A stretch of DNA of 64,000 nucleotides from Vitrella brassicaformis CCMP3155 (lineage: Eukaryota; Protista; Chromerida), in NCBI GenBank assembly GCA_001179505.1, contig CDMY01000635.1, forward strand, positions 186,001-250,000, in the 5' to 3' direction. Below, in pieces: positions 61,159-64,000 of the stretch. The notes beneath the pieces were generated by a model. That model searched no databases and had not been told where the DNA came from. It worked only from the letters and a program-made list of their open reading frames with translations. The position numbers were made by a program, and so were the translations under genes. Every line of letters begins with the position of its first letter. Position 1 is the first letter of the stretch.

Positions 61159-62161
61159 TCATTCTGGCGGCTCCTGCACGGCCGCAATGACTGTTTTCGG
61201 CTCTTCGAAGGCCATCAGCAGGTGCTTCAGCGTGTCCAAAAAGTACCCTGGACACACACACACACACACACACAGGTAGACGCGATCATGCGCGAAAACG
61301 TCCGTCTGCCTTATATAGTGGAGGTTGAGGTGCCTGACTGACTGACCGATGTTGAGTGCTGGTGTGCCGAAGAAGGTCATGACGAGTGGCAGGTAGTTGA
61401 CCTGGATGCACACCGTGTCCTCAAGGTACGTCTGCACACACACACACACACAACACACACATTCCACACAGAGGCAGGCCATGAGGAGCAACACACACGC
61501 ATGAATCTCCCACCCGCCACTTGGCTCACAATGAGGTAGTTGGTCGGGCCCAGCGACGAGAGTTTGCCAATCTAAACCGCAGACAGAGCCATGCAGTGCA
61601 ATGCAATGCGATGCATGGATTGGATCAGCGAAGCCATCTTTGCGTATATATCAGCCACCTGACCTGCAGCACAGCACACGGATCTCACCTCACCTGGTCT
61701 GCACTGATGGAGAAGACGGTTGTGAGCATCTGGATGACCCCTGGGTCATGCACTGCCTCAGGCGGAGCTGACACACACACATACAGATACAAACAACACC
61801 AGGAGGGAGATCCCTGCACTGAGCATCCCTCGCCTCCTGCACTGAGCCGCATCTGAGTTACGTACGGTTGGTCCCTCCCCGACCTTTCATCATGAGCACA
61901 CCGTCCCTATCGGTGATGACAGCTGTCTGCAGGCCTGCGACGCTGCAGCAAGCAATGCAACCACACACAGACACACAGACAGACAGACAGACAGACAGAC
62001 AGACGCACAGCACAGCACAGCAAGGAGGCAGGGAGGGATGCAATACAATGCATAGATCAGAGTCGTCATGCAATGCAATGGTTGCAACGATAGTTAGTGG
62101 CTGGCTCTAACTTTTGGCAGATCATCTCCAGGAACTCCTGCAGCGTCATAGTCCCCATCAT
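61159..62161 (-). CDS. LAMTOR3: Ragulator subunit LAMTOR3/MP1-like roadblock protein
   Basis: Spliced: LQEFLEMICQNVAGLQTAVITDRDGV...FSISADQIGKL...IQVNYLPLVMTFFGTPALNIGY. This parallels the LAMTOR3 pattern V-x-GL-x-x-I-x-x-x-DRDGV...VQFNRLPLVVSF. Confidence 0.85.
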
Positions 62162-62188
62162 CTCGCCCTCTTCACGCGCTCTTCAACA

Positions 62189-62208
62189 TGCGAGCTTGTA
62201 AGCTCGCG
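62189..62208. promoter_or_regulatory. TGCGAGCTT plus inverted AAGCTCGCG in the LAMTOR3/unknown-gene divergent promoter
   Basis: tgcgagcttgtaagctcgcg is a near-palindromic pair of the motif. Confidence 0.55.
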
Positions 62209-62611
62209 AGACCCAGACTAAGGAGAACGAAGACGGCAGCGCGACCCCCTTACCGAGTGTGTGTAGATCCCCCTACCATCTTGCCGCATCGCTCCCGCCC
62301 GCGCGCAACCACGAGGCGTGTCTGCCGCAGTGATCAGATCACCGCACCGCGTTCAACGTCCCACACATAGATGACGTGCTGAGCGAGGCAGCTGAGCTGG
62401 TTGGGTGCGGATCATCCAGCGACAGACAGCGGGAGCACTGCCTGCACGGCTGGCGAGGCCAGATCACGTCTCCACCGGCAAGCCACCCAACCGACGCTCT
62501 CCCACCCTCAGACCGCACTAACGAAGCGCAAGCAGCTTACCGCAGCGAGCGTCTGTCGCCCTTGCCTTCCTTGCTGCAGACATCAACGACGACTCAGCCA
62601 ACGACCGACCG

Positions 62612-64000
62612 ATGGCCACAGCTGACGCACTCCCCCTGCCGCCACCCTATGCCGCTGGCGTCTACGGCAGCACAACGATGACGGACGGGGCCGCGGCCTA
62701 TGTGGAGATGAGCGACAAGGCAGGCAGCAGCGAATTCACGCTCTGCATATCCGAGACGCCACCAACCACCGAGGCCATCCCGCCGCCGTCGGTCACGGAC
62801 GCGGACAAGGGCACGCGGATGCGGCGGACGCACCACGGCCGACGGCCTTCGAACCTCAAGGTGTCGATCCCATCCAAACTGGGGGGACAAGACGGCCAGG
62901 GCGCCAAGCTCAACGGATGGAACGGGCCGGGGGGTGCTGGTGGTGGGCCGGCTCCCAACACGCCACTGACGGCGCCTCCGCAGCAGAGTGCGTCGTTTGA
63001 CAACGGGTGCAGGGGCAACAACAGCAACAGGCGGCACGGTCCCGGGCGGAGCCATGGCGGGGTGGGGGCGGTGACGGGCAATGCGGGCCAGCAGCAGCAC
63101 ATGAATGCCAAGGGGCTCGTCAGAATGCCCACTGGTGGGGTTTACGACAATGAGGTAAGGAAGGGGAGGGAGGGGAGGGAGGGGACAGACGAGAGAGACA
63201 CCAGATAAGATACACGTTTGTTCCTGTGTGTGTGTCTTGATTTGATGTATGTCTCTGATCTGATTGATTATGTGTTGGTTCAGAGTTTGTCTGTGGAGCA
63301 CGTCCTCGCCGCCTCGCCGACGCCTCATCACTTTTTCCGTCACCATCCGGCCTACCCCAACCGCCCCCCTCCNNNNNNNNNNNNNNNNNNNNNNNNNNNN
63401 NNNNNNNNNNNNNNNNNNNNNNNNNNNNNNNNNNNNNNNNNNNNNNNNNNNNNNNNNNNNNNNNNNNNNNNNNNNNNNNNNNNNNNNNNNNNNNNNNNNN
63501 NNNNNNNNNNNNNNNNNNNNNNNNNNNNNNNNNNNNNNNNNNNNNNNNNNNNNNNNNNNNNNNNNNNNNNNNNNNNNNNNNNNNNNNNNNNNNNNNNNNN
63601 NNNNNNNNNNNNNNNNNNNNNNNNNNNNNNNNNNNNNNNNNNNNNNNNNNNNNNNNNNNNNNNNNNNNNNNNCCCTCCCCCGCCGACACCCCTCACATGC
63701 GGCCCACCCGCATTCCACCCGCCACTCCCCCTCCCCCACACCGAGCCCAACACGCCCCTGGGGCCTCTAGGATCTGACCACACACCATCCACAGCCGCCG
63801 GCGGCGGCATCAAGTGGCGACTCAACCTCGACTCGGCACTCGGCTTCGATCTTACCACTCCGCCCGTGTCGCCCATCATCCCCCACGACGGCAGCAGCGG
63901 CCATCACGGAGGCGGCGGTGCGTTCAAGAGCACCGTCTTCCCGACCACGCCGTCCCACGCCACTCCCGTGAGCCAGATATCGACCTGTGACAGCGAGACG
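62612..64000 (+). CDS. Partial low-complexity protein of unknown function (continues past window end)
   Basis: 198-aa ORF ending in a GT donor after GVYDNE; an exon resumes after ctag at about 63770 (DLTTPSTAAGGGIKWRLNLDS...). Confidence 0.55.
63373..63672. other. Assembly gap (300 N)
   Basis: N run flanked by C-rich tracts. Confidence 0.95.

Larger units (their letters stand above)
111..62010. repeat. Pervasive short intronic/UTR microsatellites: (CA/TG)n, (GA/TC)n, (GACA/TGTC)n, (CCAT/ATGG)n, (GGCA/TGCC)n, (GTCA/TGAC)n
   Basis: Present in nearly every intron, e.g. 267-290, 437-470, 5473-5512, 36657-36686. Confidence 0.9.

Noticed and set aside
224-62110. ORFs rich in CVCVCV, HTHTHT, LSVCLSV, RERERE
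   Set aside because: These are translations of intronic microsatellites, not proteins.
27706-62161. Apparent proteostasis/endolysosomal cluster (MetAP, USP, VPS36, F-box, BAP31, tricorn, LAMTOR3)
   Set aside because: Mixed strands, separate promoters and very common functional classes. No evidence of an operon-like cluster, and no tricorn F1/F2/F3 partner is adjacent.
1-64000. CRISPR arrays, tRNA/rRNA genes, transposon or retroelement ORFs
   Set aside because: No regularly spaced direct repeats, cloverleaf or rRNA signatures, or transposase/RT/integrase motifs were seen.

Overview
Intron-rich, gene-dense eukaryotic genomic DNA with GC-rich exons and short (~60-150 nt) introns full of CA/GT, GACA/TGTC and CCAT microsatellites. 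The style suggests a chromerid alveolate such as Vitrella brassicaformis (inference from style only). About 21 spliced protein-coding genes can be reconstructed by eye: cytochrome c peroxidase, DNAAF3, a cyclin, a PH-domain protein, SAC3/GANP, an MFS transporter, EBP2, MetAP1, a USP deubiquitinase, a GH36 alpha-galactosidase, VPS36, an F-box protein, a WD40 protein, BAP31, a tricorn protease, LAMTOR3 and several unknowns. Coordinates are gene spans including introns. No rRNA, tRNA, CRISPR or transposon was seen. There are three 300-N gaps. The most notable observations are: (1) a full-length, heavily spliced prokaryote-type tricorn (S41) protease; (2) a DUF1752-like W..RLENxxWR nutrient-signalling motif inserted into the GH36 N-terminal domain; (3) a TGCGAGCT(T) motif in 7 of 8 divergent promoters, two of which share a ~45-bp module with telo-box-like AAACCCT repeats; (4) introns whose 5' and 3' halves carry complementary microsatellites; (5) three apparent GC-AG introns; (6) a spurious N-gap whose flanks overlap and restore a reading frame.
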